64,000 bases of DNA from a virus: IMG/VR virus record IMGVR_UViG_3300030430_005214, positions 1 through 64,000 of that record; one strand, 5' to 3'. Under the pieces are notes generated by a model. That model did not search any database. It saw only the letters and a program-made list of their open reading frames with translations, and had not been told where the DNA came from. Below, one piece after another: positions 8,846 to 18,268 of this stretch. The translations under genes were made by a program, and so were the position numbers. Position 1 is the stretch's first letter. Each line of letters starts with the position of its first letter.

Positions 8846-11647
8846 TTACTTGTTCTCTAACTGCTTCTTAAGTGAAGCGATCTGTGCAGACTGCTCTTGG
8901 ATAGCAGAAACAAGGATTGCGGAGAGACGACCGTAATCGACACCGTAGAGTCCTTCTTCCGAACCGTGAACAGCTTGTGGTATGACTTGCTTAAGCTCTT
9001 GCGCCATGAAACCGAAGTCTCTGGAGCCGTCCTTCTTCCAAGTAAAGTTAACAGCCTTAAGGTTGTTAACAGTCTCAAGACCGTTCTGGATAGCAGAAAC
9101 ATCAGTCTTAAGTCTTTCATCGGAGTAAGTTACGAAAGCTGCAGCACGAACTTTATTCTTGTTGTTTGAACCGTCAGCAACATCAACTGCAAACTCAGAG
9201 GTAGCATCACCACCTATGGTTACGTGTGCAGCACCAGAAGCATCGGTAAACTTAAGAGTATGATCGGCCGCGGTGTACTTTAACAACTCGTTGGCTGCAG
9301 CACCGTGGAAAGAAACATCTTTACCGGAACCATCAGCACCGAAAACACTTGTGTCATTAAAGTGAAGACCAGCAGAACCACCGTCAAATCTAACTACGTT
9401 AGCAGCAGATATGAACGAGATGCTACCATCATCGTCATCACCAAAAACAAGAGCTTGATCATCAGCGACAAGACCACCTTGGCTTAAAACAAGTTCTTTA
9501 CCAGCAGTAATCTCTTCTTGGCCATCTGTAGTGACAAATTTCAAGTAAGAGGTTGCGCCCTCTAAAACATCAAGCGCAGCTGCGCGGTTGTCTGTAAGTG
9601 AAATAACCACATCGTTGGCGTCGGCTGCAATAGTATCAAGTAAAATACGACCAACATTAGTGATGTTACCATCATTAACATCCAATGAAGTGAAGCTACC
9701 TGCGCCAGCTTCAATACCATATGTTAAACCGCCGCCGCCAGTAAGACTTAGAGATCCACTCATTCGAATACCATTGGCAGTCGAACCGGAAATCTCAAAC
9801 ACATCAGATGCACTGATGTATCCTAAAGAGCCAGATGCGCCAGCATCAGCCTCGTCGGTGCAAAACTTAAACTTCTGATCGTCGTCCATATTTGCGCCTG
9901 CTTGGAACTCAAACTCTTTCTTAGCGAAGATACCTTCGCCGCCATTGGTAGTTTCAAACTGTAAGTATACGTTTGAACCTTCTTTGATCTCTAGAGCAGC
10001 GGAGCGGTTATCTGTCATGACAAGATCAATATCGTTGCCATCAGCAGAAATGCTGTCCAGAGCAATGTCGCCAACGTTAGTAATGTTGCCATCGCCAACG
10101 CTTAGTGAAGTTACGCTAGTAGCTTGGAAGCTAGCTTGACCAGCTTCAATGCCATACGTTCCGCCACCGCCACCGGTGAGACTTAAAGAGCCACTTACGC
10201 GAACACCATTAGCAGCAGAACCAGAAATTAGTAATACATCAGAAGCTGAGACGTATGATAAAGAACCTGAAGCGCCACTTCCGGCTTCATCAGTAGCAAA
10301 TTGTAGTTCTTTGTCATCAAAAACAAGACCACCTTCCTGAAGTTCTACCTCTTTCTTGACTGTGATGCCTTCTTCGCCATTAGCTGTGCTAAATACCATA
10401 TATTGGTTAGAGCCTTCCTTGATTTCAAGAGCGGTTGCGCTATTGTCCGTGAGACTAAGATCGATATCTGTGCCATCAGCAGAAATGCTGTCAAGCGCGA
10501 TGTCACCAACATTTGTGATGTTACCATCGGTAACGCTTAATGAAGTAACAGTTGAAGCACCGGCGCTGAATGTACCAACACCAGTAATGTTTTGACTGTT
10601 TGCATCAAGTGCCTCACCAAGTTGATCGATAAAAGCTTGACCATCAATGTAAAGATTCTTGTACTGCGCCGCGGCTGCACCTAAATCAACATCATTGTTG
10701 GTTTCCGGACGTAGTACGCCGTCTTGCAAACGAACCTGAGTTGTACCACCGATGTTAAGGTCAAGGGCAGTATTTGCGTGGTCATAAAGAACAGAAGCAA
10801 CAGTATCACTTCCACCAGAACCACCAATCTGTAAACCACCACCAGTGGCTGCAGCCGAAGCTGAACCAGATGCGGCCAAGATTAATTTATCAACAACCTC
10901 TAGAGTTGTCTCAGTGCGTGTTACGCTATTAATTTCATTAACATCAAGAACGTCAATTTGAGCGTAAGTAGCGGTTAAGTGAGTAATGGTGCCAATTGCT
11001 TTATTTGCATCAAGAACTAATGCCTTGTTTGCAGCGGCCGTACCATTGGTAATGCCATCAAGCTTCTCAAGGTCAGTCTCATCCATATCGGCAGAACCGA
11101 TGATAAAAGAGCCTTCTGCTGTGACGTTACGGAAGCCAGAAGCGTCTTTGCTAGCGTCGACGACAACAGCTTTATTAGCAGCAACAGTACCATTGGTGAT
11201 ACCGTCAAGCTTTTCAAGATCAGTCTCATCCATATCAGCGGAACCAATGATGAACGAGCCGCCTGCTGTGACATTGCCAGTTGAAGTAATGTGACGGAAG
11301 CCAGAGGCGTCCTTATTGCTATCAACAACAACAGCTTTATTAGCTGCGACAGTGCCATCAGTAATGCCATCTAGTTTTTCAAGATCAGTCTCATTGAGAT
11401 CAGCATTTCCAATAACAAATGAAGAACCAGCTGTGACTGAACCATTAAACACACCATTTCCTAAGAATGTTGCGTCAGAAGATCCAGAAACGGTACCAGC
11501 TGCTTTGGTACCAACGTTAAAGTGAATTAACTCGGCTGTATCAGAGCCGGAAAGATAAATTGAACCAGAATTTTCTGGTTGTGTGCCTGTAAAATTTTGT
11601 AGGTCAATAAACTTACCATACTCAGTTACAGTTGCGGGACTAGACAT
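8846..11647 (-). CDS. Repeat-built tail fibre/spike with C-terminal intramolecular chaperone (peptidase S74)
   Basis: YSDERLKTDV...FGFMAQEL...VDYGRLSAILVSAIQEQ S74 domain; G/A/S/T/D-rich body with internal repeats; AAGGAGG SD. Confidence 0.85.
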   Translation of the reverse strand: MSSPATVTEYGKFIDLQNFTGTQPENSGSIYLSGSDTAELIHFNVGTKAAGTVSGSSDATFLGNGVFNGSVTAGSSFVIGNADLNETDLEKLDGITDGTVAANKAVVVDSNKDASGFRHITSTGNVTAGGSFIIGSADMDETDLEKLDGITNGTVAANKAVVVDASKDASGFRNVTAEGSFIIGSADMDETDLEKLDGITNGTAAANKALVLDANKAIGTITHLTATYAQIDVLDVNEINSVTRTETTLEVVDKLILAASGSASAAATGGGLQIGGSGGSDTVASVLYDHANTALDLNIGGTTQVRLQDGVLRPETNNDVDLGAAAAQYKNLYIDGQAFIDQLGEALDANSQNITGVGTFSAGASTVTSLSVTDGNITNVGDIALDSISADGTDIDLSLTDNSATALEIKEGSNQYMVFSTANGEEGITVKKEVELQEGGLVFDDKELQFATDEAGSGASGSLSYVSASDVLLISGSAANGVRVSGSLSLTGGGGGTYGIEAGQASFQATSVTSLSVGDGNITNVGDIALDSISADGNDIDLVMTDNRSAALEIKEGSNVYLQFETTNGGEGIFAKKEFEFQAGANMDDDQKFKFCTDEADAGASGSLGYISASDVFEISGSTANGIRMSGSLSLTGGGGLTYGIEAGAGSFTSLDVNDGNITNVGRILLDTIAADANDVVISLTDNRAAALDVLEGATSYLKFVTTDGQEEITAGKELVLSQGGLVADDQALVFGDDDDGSISFISAANVVRFDGGSAGLHFNDTSVFGADGSGKDVSFHGAAANELLKYTAADHTLKFTDASGAAHVTIGGDATSEFAVDVADGSNNKNKVRAAAFVTYSDERLKTDVSAIQNGLETVNNLKAVNFTWKKDGSRDFGFMAQELKQVIPQAVHGSEEGLYGVDYGRLSAILVSAIQEQSAQIASLKKQLENK
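9340..10546 (-). repeat. Three ~140-145-aa tandem repeats in the fibre (TSLxVxDGNITNVG...LTDNxAxAL..EG...)
   Basis: Units start near 10546, 10111 and 9691 (435 and 420 nt periods). Confidence 0.85.
11000..11437 (-). repeat. Three 49-55-aa tandem repeats (VTAxxSFxIGxADxxETDLEKLDGITxGTxAANKAxVxD)
   Basis: Units start at 11437, 11272 and 11125; near-identical protein with synonymous DNA divergence. Confidence 0.9.
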
Positions 11648-11677
11648 ATTTTAAAATCCTCCTTGTAAGTCTAAATG

Positions 11678-11702
11678 CCGGGTGGTACAAAATCGCACCC
11701 GG
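11678..11702 (-). promoter_or_regulatory. GC-rich 5'-UTR hairpin before the fibre gene
   Basis: CCGGGTG...CACCCGG inverted repeat between the CTATTTA motif (11709-11715) and the AAGGAGG SD; no long U tract. Confidence 0.55.
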
Positions 11703-11708
11703 GTTAGA

Positions 11709-11715
11709 TAAATAG
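11709..11715 (-). promoter_or_regulatory. Putative late promoter motif CTATTTA
   Basis: Intergenic copy of the recurrent motif. Confidence 0.6.
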
Positions 11716-11719
11716 ACTT

Positions 11720-12691
11720 CTAAGTCGGTTCAGTCCCTTGTTTTAAACACTTTATTTCGTCTATTAAATTATCTATTTGATTTTGTTGAAATTTAATTCC
11801 TTCAAGGAGGATAGGTATAATACGAGTATAGTCCATACTCATGGCTTGAGGAGAATTTTCGGAGTTATTTCTGTCCCATTCTACAATAATAGGTAGTTCT
11901 CTACCCACCTCTTCGGCAATAAACCCATAATCTTTTTGATCATTTTTTTTCCACGTAAATGTAACGCCGCGAAGGTTTTGTATGGTTTTTATAGGATTAT
12001 CAATAACTTCGACGTCTTTCTTAAAGCGTTGCGAAGAATAGGTCATATAGGCGTTTGCTTTGATTTTTCCACTATTATCTGCTACATCTGGTAGTGTTAT
12101 GCCGTGAGTTACGCCACCAATTGGTATGCCAATGCCGAGTTTTTGATCTACATGCACTGCAGACCCGGATATAACTACACCGCTTGTTGAGCCAGATATT
12201 TCTAAATAGTTTTTTGAGGCCGCGGCAAATGTAATGTGTGAGTCATTATCATCTCCAAAAAAAAGTTTAACATCATCTCCGAACTTCATGCTGGGTGATG
12301 TGCCATCTGATCCGGGCACCATTTCTAGCGCTCCACCGATCTTAAGAGGAGAGCCACCTTCTAATTGACCATCTATTTGTACTATCGTACCTGATAAGGA
12401 TATGCCAGCTGCAGATCCTGATATTACTAAAAAATTTTCTCCGGCCTCATCATATTCTATAAACGAATCATCATCAGTACCGAATATCAATCTTGTATCA
12501 TCAGCTATTTTTAAATTTGTATCATCAAAAGTAAATGGAGTGATTGCGCCGAAACTACCGCCATTATTAAATTGTATTTGATTATCTGATCCGGCTGGAT
12601 TGGCAGCAACGCTACTATCAGATGTTACGTCCTCGATAATAGCATCTAGCTTTCTTCTAGAATACCTGCCAATTGTGGCGCGGCGTCCCAT
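11720..12691 (-). CDS. Short tail fibre with C-terminal S74 chaperone
   Basis: GSDNQIQFNNGGSFGA fibre motif; YSSQRFKKDV...YGFIAEEV...MDYTRIIPILLEGIK. Confidence 0.8.
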   Translation of the reverse strand: MGRRATIGRYSRRKLDAIIEDVTSDSSVAANPAGSDNQIQFNNGGSFGAITPFTFDDTNLKIADDTRLIFGTDDDSFIEYDEAGENFLVISGSAAGISLSGTIVQIDGQLEGGSPLKIGGALEMVPGSDGTSPSMKFGDDVKLFFGDDNDSHITFAAASKNYLEISGSTSGVVISGSAVHVDQKLGIGIPIGGVTHGITLPDVADNSGKIKANAYMTYSSQRFKKDVEVIDNPIKTIQNLRGVTFTWKKNDQKDYGFIAEEVGRELPIIVEWDRNNSENSPQAMSMDYTRIIPILLEGIKFQQNQIDNLIDEIKCLKQGTEPT

Positions 12692-13152
12692 TACCTACCA
12701 GTTCCTGCGTCCACCGCATAAACAACAGCAATGGTTAAACCAATGCCAACTATAACACCACCGACTGCCCACCAAGTCGTATAGTCTTCTTTACCCGCTG
12801 CTAAATCGGAAAGCCTTTTTATTTCATCGTCCTTAATATTCATTAAGGATGTATGTTTTTCTTGTAGGGCATCCAAGCTGGCTTTTTGAGATTGTATGGT
12901 TAGGTCTAATTTTGCTTTTTGTTTGCCCAATTCATACTGTAGTTTTAGTTCCCATTGTTCTTCAAAGTGTTTTTTATCTGAAAATATTCTTGCTGCGGCA
13001 ATGTTATCTAACAATACACCAGTATAAGGTGCGTGCTCACCTTTAGCCAATCCAGTTATCTTGCCTTTTGGAATGGGAGTATCTTCTGCAAAGCATACAG
13101 GTGCGTATACTAACGAAAAACAAACAATTAAAGATATTATTTTACTCCACAT
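12691..13152 (-). CDS. Exported coiled-coil protein with C-terminal TM helix (spanin-like candidate)
   Basis: N-terminal signal peptide (...APVCFA-EDT), central coiled coil, C-terminal WWAVGGVIVGIGLTIAVVYAV. Confidence 0.5.
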   Translation of the reverse strand: MWSKIISLIVCFSLVYAPVCFAEDTPIPKGKITGLAKGEHAPYTGVLLDNIAAARIFSDKKHFEEQWELKLQYELGKQKAKLDLTIQSQKASLDALQEKHTSLMNIKDDEIKRLSDLAAGKEDYTTWWAVGGVIVGIGLTIAVVYAVDAGTGR

Positions 13153-13546
13153 AATCTATTCCATACCTCTCAGCTAAAATTTTTGCCAGATCATCTGGTC
13201 TATCGTTAAACTCTTTTACTATCTTTTTTATCTCTTTCTTCTTTTTAGTATCTAGCTTCATGTTTTTTTCTTCGTAGTCTTTTTCTAGCTGAGTTAGAAC
13301 ATTATCATAATTTTTTAATATTTGATCTCTTGCCTCTATTTCTTTTTTATGAACCTCTTCTATTGTTTTTATTTGACTCTCATAGCTTTTAGAACGAATT
13401 TCTAAAACCTTTAAAGCTCCTGCTTTATCTTTAAACAAAAACCAAAGGACTAATGTATAAATAATAACAGCTGGTACATACCAATTGTGTCTGAGCCAAG
13501 CCCAGGTTTTTTTCAAAGTTGATTTTAAAGTCAATAAAGTTAACAT
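13142..13546 (-). CDS. N-terminally membrane-anchored coiled-coil protein (i-spanin-like candidate)
   Basis: Start most likely ATG 13546 (TAATG overlap with holin stop); TM WYVPAVIIYTLVLWFLF then long charged coiled coil. Confidence 0.5.
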   Translation of the reverse strand: MLTLLTLKSTLKKTWAWLRHNWYVPAVIIYTLVLWFLFKDKAGALKVLEIRSKSYESQIKTIEEVHKKEIEARDQILKNYDNVLTQLEKDYEEKNMKLDTKKKKEIKKIVKEFNDRPDDLAKILAERYGIDYVE

Positions 13547-13764
13547 TATTTTCCATGCTTCCATGTTGCTGCTATGTCCGCGATACCTTGGATACCAATA
13601 TAAGCAAGTGAAACAGCCACCCAGTCTTCACTGGTTAGGGCACCACCTACTAACATAAAATAAGTAGCAGTCATCCAGACCATAAGCTTTCTTGAAAGCA
13701 ATCTTCCTATTGTTTTATCTAAAAAAGGTTTAACTTGTTTAGCTTGTTCTTTAACTTCTGTCAT
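13546..13764 (-). CDS. Holin-like small membrane protein
   Basis: 72 aa; LLSRKL motif, two hydrophobic helices, basic C-terminus; GGAG SD. Confidence 0.55.
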   Translation of the reverse strand: MTEVKEQAKQVKPFLDKTIGRLLSRKLMVWMTATYFMLVGGALTSEDWVAVSLAYIGIQGIADIAATWKHGK

Positions 13765-13778
13765 TTTTATTCTCCATG

Positions 13779-15101
13779 CTATCCATTCCCTTCGTTTCCA
13801 GCATCTACTTTATAGGCCGTGTCTCGTTGTCGAATGTTTGCTGGACCAGGTATGGTTATAAAATATGGCGCTTGTCTATTTGCACGAGTGACGCCAAATC
13901 TTCTTGTTGATAATTTGTTTTCTGTCCTCCGTATGGTAAAATCACTAGCTAGTGTTCTAGAAAAAGACTCGGTTCCATCGGTGCTTGTAAACGGGTCTGA
14001 TGATATAAATTGATAAGCACCAATGTCATAAGGCGCAGATCTAGAAGTGCCATCAAAATCAACCGTTACGGCAGCTATTGTTTTACCGGTGCCAATACAG
14101 GGCGAGCCTGATTGCAACTTAAGGCCCCCGGCACGGCCAGTGGGACTAGATGCATCGACAAAAAGAGGATCAGATCCTGAACCGGTTATGTGCCCACCGC
14201 CATCAGTGGCTCCGGCGCCGGTGTTATCTTGTATCGCGCCCTTTCCTGAAGCACTTCCAAAGCTTCCATTAACGCAGTTATTTGAATACGAGACTCTCCC
14301 ATCTATTCCCACTAAATTCGTATCAACATTTTGTGGACCGCCTGAAACACTGGCGGTGGTAATATTTTTAATAATTATATTCTCAACAACTCCCATCCTG
14401 ACGACTTCTACACCAGTAACTCTATCCACTAAAAGTGTGCAGTTTCTAATAATAGTATCCGCAGTAGCATTGTCGCCCATAGAAATATATTCTTGCGTAG
14501 TGTGAGAGGCGGTGTTGTGAAAAATACAATTTTGAATTACCATATTTTCTGAACCGACTATGCTATCGATAATCTTATCATTACACCCATCTCTTATTTC
14601 ACATCGATCTAACAGGTTGGGTGTGCCGGAAGTCGCAGGCGCAGGATCTACAAAGATTGGCGATCCATTCATGTTTTGAAATATGCAGTCAGTATATTGC
14701 ACAGTTGGGGCGCCACCACCAGCGGTGGTGGTTTTGACAATGGTATTATCGGTAGTTCTAAAGTCATCAAAAGTGATACCTTGAAAAGTTATAGTTTCCC
14801 CTGGAGACATACCGACACCACTAAAACCAGTTTTCGTCACTGCACTTGAAGCTCTTGCACCAGTGCCAGCAAATATTGGAGTTTGACCATCTGCGGCAAC
14901 AAAACTAAGACTTTCAGATAAAATCATTCTGCCGCCATGGGCATCAAGACCCGGCTGATAAGTATTAGAATCTAATATTTTAATCGTGTCGTTTTCACTG
15001 GCTCTACGAAAAGCAGCAAAAATTGTTGCCACCGGAGCGCCTTCCGATGTGCCTGAATTGCTATTATCTCCTGAACCAGATGAAACAAATATTGTAGCCA
15101 T
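13779..15101 (-). CDS. Right-handed beta-helix (pectin-lyase fold) protein with choice-of-anchor-Q-like end; possible spike/depolymerase
   Basis: IFVSxGSGDNSNSGT start; repeated I-x-N/D-C-I/T-F rungs; DPLFVD...LQSGSPCIGTG...DFDGTSR...YDIGAYQF. Confidence 0.7.
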   Translation of the reverse strand: MATIFVSSGSGDNSNSGTSEGAPVATIFAAFRRASENDTIKILDSNTYQPGLDAHGGRMILSESLSFVAADGQTPIFAGTGARASSAVTKTGFSGVGMSPGETITFQGITFDDFRTTDNTIVKTTTAGGGAPTVQYTDCIFQNMNGSPIFVDPAPATSGTPNLLDRCEIRDGCNDKIIDSIVGSENMVIQNCIFHNTASHTTQEYISMGDNATADTIIRNCTLLVDRVTGVEVVRMGVVENIIIKNITTASVSGGPQNVDTNLVGIDGRVSYSNNCVNGSFGSASGKGAIQDNTGAGATDGGGHITGSGSDPLFVDASSPTGRAGGLKLQSGSPCIGTGKTIAAVTVDFDGTSRSAPYDIGAYQFISSDPFTSTDGTESFSRTLASDFTIRRTENKLSTRRFGVTRANRQAPYFITIPGPANIRQRDTAYKVDAGNEGNG

Positions 15102-15109
15102 TTAGAACC

Positions 15110-18100
15110 TCAAATCATAATGTGCGCGAACCCCTCTTTTTTATCTATTGTGATTTGCTGGTCCACACAATCTTTAAGATGGTCAAGATGTGATATCAAA
15201 ATGACCGTTTTAAAGTATGTCTTAATTAGTTCTAAAATTGAAATAAAACCATCCATATTCTCGGCATCTAACGCAGTCCCTGGTTCATCAAGAATAAAGA
15301 TGTTGGACTTTGGAAGAGATGAGACGGATAGAAGGGCAAGCCGGATTGCCATGGCAGCTAGTGTCTTTTCCGCGCCTGAGCCCATTTCTATTGGTCGTCT
15401 ATCATACTTTGGATGCTTAATAAAAATATTAAGTCTTTTTTCTTCTGCCTCAAAGAATATCTCAAAGTCGACAACATTAGCTAAGATACGAGACATTTCA
15501 TCATTGATAATAGGCAATTTCTTTTTAATGATGTCATAAGCTATGCCATTGGGGTGCATACACTTCATTAGCAGGTCAAAAGCTGTAATCTCATTTTGCA
15601 GATTGTGCAGCCATTCTTTCTTTTCTTGTAATGTTTGCACTTGTTGTGCTAATGAGCCATTTTCTCTATGTAAGCCTAATAACTCAGTGCGGCATTTATC
15701 TATACTTTTCTGTTTCTTGGCTATGTCTTTGGTTACATTTGTTAACTGCAGGATAAAAGTTTCCTTATTCTCAATAAGACTTTTATTTTTATTATAATCA
15801 TCAATCAGTATATTGATACGCTGTAATTCGTTTTGTGCTGAAAGTGCAGAGTTTTCCCATTTGCCTTTTTCAAGATCTGTTTTCAAAACAACTCGTTCAG
15901 CTTCTCTTCTTTTCTCCATTAGTTTTTTATAGTTTTCCAAATGAGAATTTATTTTTTCTTCATTTGATCTATTTAAAAGTCTTTCTGCTTTTTCTTTTTC
16001 ATTGTTTATTGATTGAACTTGGCCCACAAGATCAACGAGTGTTTCTTTCGAGCAATGCGCATCTTTAATAAACTTGCAAGATTTAAACTTGTCTCCGCAT
16101 GGAACCTCACCAAGAAGTTTAACTTTTTTCTCATTTAGTTCTTTAAGTTTTTCAGCATTTTCTAGTTCTGTTACAAGATTGCTTATTTTAAGAAGTTTTT
16201 CATCTATTTCGTCTTTTTGATTTTTAACAGAGACAACATCAAATGAAGCTTCAAACTTCGCTATTTTATCTAAAAGTTCGTTTTTTTCAGCAAGTATTAT
16301 ATTGCAATTATCGACATTGGAATTGTATGTAGATATATCTTGTTCTTGTTTATTTCTATCTTTTAAAACTTCGCATATATCAACCACTTCTGCTGGAATA
16401 GAATCTATCTTTGTTTCCAAATCTTTTTTGTCGAGCTGCAAAGACATTAGCTCTTCATTTAAGCTTTCACACATTTCGTTTTGTTCAGTAATTTTATTTT
16501 CAGAAAACATCATTTGTTTTTCTATTTCATATATCTCACTGTCATAATCTATATCTTCTGCTTTGCGGAGTGCGCCTCGAAGATCTGCAGCTTCATCCTT
16601 AATGAGTTTGTACTTTCTTTCAAAAAACTGAAGATCAAGAAACTTTGCTAGCGCCTCTTTTCTTTTTGTAGAACCCTCATTGATGAAACGAAGAGAATCT
16701 ATCTGTGATGACATGGAGGTCATTAAAAAGTCATCAACATTTCCAAAATGATTTCTAATGATAGCATCAGTTTCATTTCTAGTTGTGCCGTTTAGAATAG
16801 TCTCTTCATCGGTAACAAGATCTCTTACTTTAAACAAAATATCTGTTTTTGCTTCTAGTGTTTCTTCGCCTTTTAGCTTTTTAACATACTTTTCGCTTTT
16901 ACGATCTATTGTATATCGCTTGTGTCCAACATCAATAGTGACTATTCCATCAGCTTCCTCTTTGTTTTGGTTGATAATATTGAGATTTTTGCGTTCGTTT
17001 TTGCTTGTAGAATTAAAAACAGTATACAACATACTGTCAATAACGGAAGACTTACCAGAAAAGTTTTTACCAAAAATACCAACAATACCATTTAACTTAT
17101 CAAAATCTATGGAGTTGCCTTCACCATAATTAAATAAGTTATTCCAATGCATTGTACGTAAGTTCCAGTTAATGTTTCGCTGAACATCTTCTTTCTCTGC
17201 TAAGGTAGCATTACATTTGCGATTTAACTTAAAGACTGCTTCTAGCTGTTCATCTGTAGGTTCAAAGTCTTTAAGATATTCTTTGATAAGCTTTTCTTGT
17301 ACGGTAACGTCGCGTAGGTTTTCTTCTACATCATCAGTTGCCAAGTCCTCTACGTTACCTCGCTGGCCAGCCGAGCGATTAAGATATCCAATACTCTCTG
17401 GTTTAAATTTGTGTTTAGCTGCATCCATAGCACGTTTCATTGTACTGACGGGTAAACTGTTTTCTGATACTAACCGTATTCGAGCACCAAGGGGGCACTC
17501 AACATTCTTGGGTAGGCGCCCAGTTCTTGTCAAATTGATAGTGACAAAAGGTTTTGGATTTGGAATTACGACGTGCTTAACCGTAAAGTTTTCTTTGTCT
17601 TGAATATCCCATATAAGAAAACCTTTATCATTCGTCTCTCCGAAGTTCTGCTGAACAGTAGAACCTGGATACCGGATCTTTCCTGCGTCGTCTAGTGCTT
17701 GATTTGTTTTATGGATGTCGCCTAAAAAGGCGTAGTCGAATTCGTCAAAGATCGATATCTCGTTTTCTCCGTGCTGCATTGTCCAGCCGACATCCGTGCG
17801 GCAATTTGAAATAGACCCGTGATACAAACCAATGTTAATAACATTATAGTCGGTAGGATCTCTCCAATTATCTCTATCAAATACGCTAAGAACGTTGAGA
17901 CATATTTCTTCATTTATTTTTACCTCTCCGCTATTCTTCAATAAGAAGAGGTTTGGAAGATCCAAAGCTTCAACTATTGGAGTAATAGCATCTTCTCGGC
18001 TACTATTTTTCAAGTTGCCGTCATGGTTTCCAAGTATTATATAGGTCGGTGCAACAGAATTTAACCCACTTAGGAATTCTGAGCACAGTTTTACAAACTC

Positions 18101-18268
18101 TGGAGAGATGTTTGTCTTGGAGTGTGCAATGTCTCCGCAGTGAACAATGTAATCCACCTTCTCTTCACGTAAATGCTCGAAAAGCTTAGAGAAAACCTCA
18201 CGATATTCTGTGTGGTATTTTAGATTTTTTATGTGCGTGTCTGCGATATGGGCGATTTTATAGCTCAT
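15110..18268 (-). CDS. Fused Mre11/SbcD nuclease-Rad50/SbcC ATPase (T4 gp47-gp46-like)
   Basis: DTH, GD, GNHD and LGDIH phosphoesterase motifs; GKNFSGKSS Walker A; coiled coil with Cys hook; GSGAE signature, FILDEP Walker B, ISH H-loop; single ORF. Confidence 0.92.
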   Translation of the reverse strand: MSYKIAHIADTHIKNLKYHTEYREVFSKLFEHLREEKVDYIVHCGDIAHSKTNISPEFVKLCSEFLSGLNSVAPTYIILGNHDGNLKNSSREDAITPIVEALDLPNLFLLKNSGEVKINEEICLNVLSVFDRDNWRDPTDYNVINIGLYHGSISNCRTDVGWTMQHGENEISIFDEFDYAFLGDIHKTNQALDDAGKIRYPGSTVQQNFGETNDKGFLIWDIQDKENFTVKHVVIPNPKPFVTINLTRTGRLPKNVECPLGARIRLVSENSLPVSTMKRAMDAAKHKFKPESIGYLNRSAGQRGNVEDLATDDVEENLRDVTVQEKLIKEYLKDFEPTDEQLEAVFKLNRKCNATLAEKEDVQRNINWNLRTMHWNNLFNYGEGNSIDFDKLNGIVGIFGKNFSGKSSVIDSMLYTVFNSTSKNERKNLNIINQNKEEADGIVTIDVGHKRYTIDRKSEKYVKKLKGEETLEAKTDILFKVRDLVTDEETILNGTTRNETDAIIRNHFGNVDDFLMTSMSSQIDSLRFINEGSTKRKEALAKFLDLQFFERKYKLIKDEAADLRGALRKAEDIDYDSEIYEIEKQMMFSENKITEQNEMCESLNEELMSLQLDKKDLETKIDSIPAEVVDICEVLKDRNKQEQDISTYNSNVDNCNIILAEKNELLDKIAKFEASFDVVSVKNQKDEIDEKLLKISNLVTELENAEKLKELNEKKVKLLGEVPCGDKFKSCKFIKDAHCSKETLVDLVGQVQSINNEKEKAERLLNRSNEEKINSHLENYKKLMEKRREAERVVLKTDLEKGKWENSALSAQNELQRINILIDDYNKNKSLIENKETFILQLTNVTKDIAKKQKSIDKCRTELLGLHRENGSLAQQVQTLQEKKEWLHNLQNEITAFDLLMKCMHPNGIAYDIIKKKLPIINDEMSRILANVVDFEIFFEAEEKRLNIFIKHPKYDRRPIEMGSGAEKTLAAMAIRLALLSVSSLPKSNIFILDEPGTALDAENMDGFISILELIKTYFKTVILISHLDHLKDCVDQQITIDKKEGFAHIMI

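Noticed and set aside
9340-11437. Tandem repeats as CRISPR array or DGR template/variable repeats
   Set aside because: Repeats are in-frame coding units with synonymous divergence, no unique spacers, no obvious adenine-specific variation and no reverse transcriptase in the window.
11678-11702. Hairpin as intrinsic terminator
   Set aside because: No long U tract on the coding strand, and it lies downstream of a promoter motif in a 5'-UTR.
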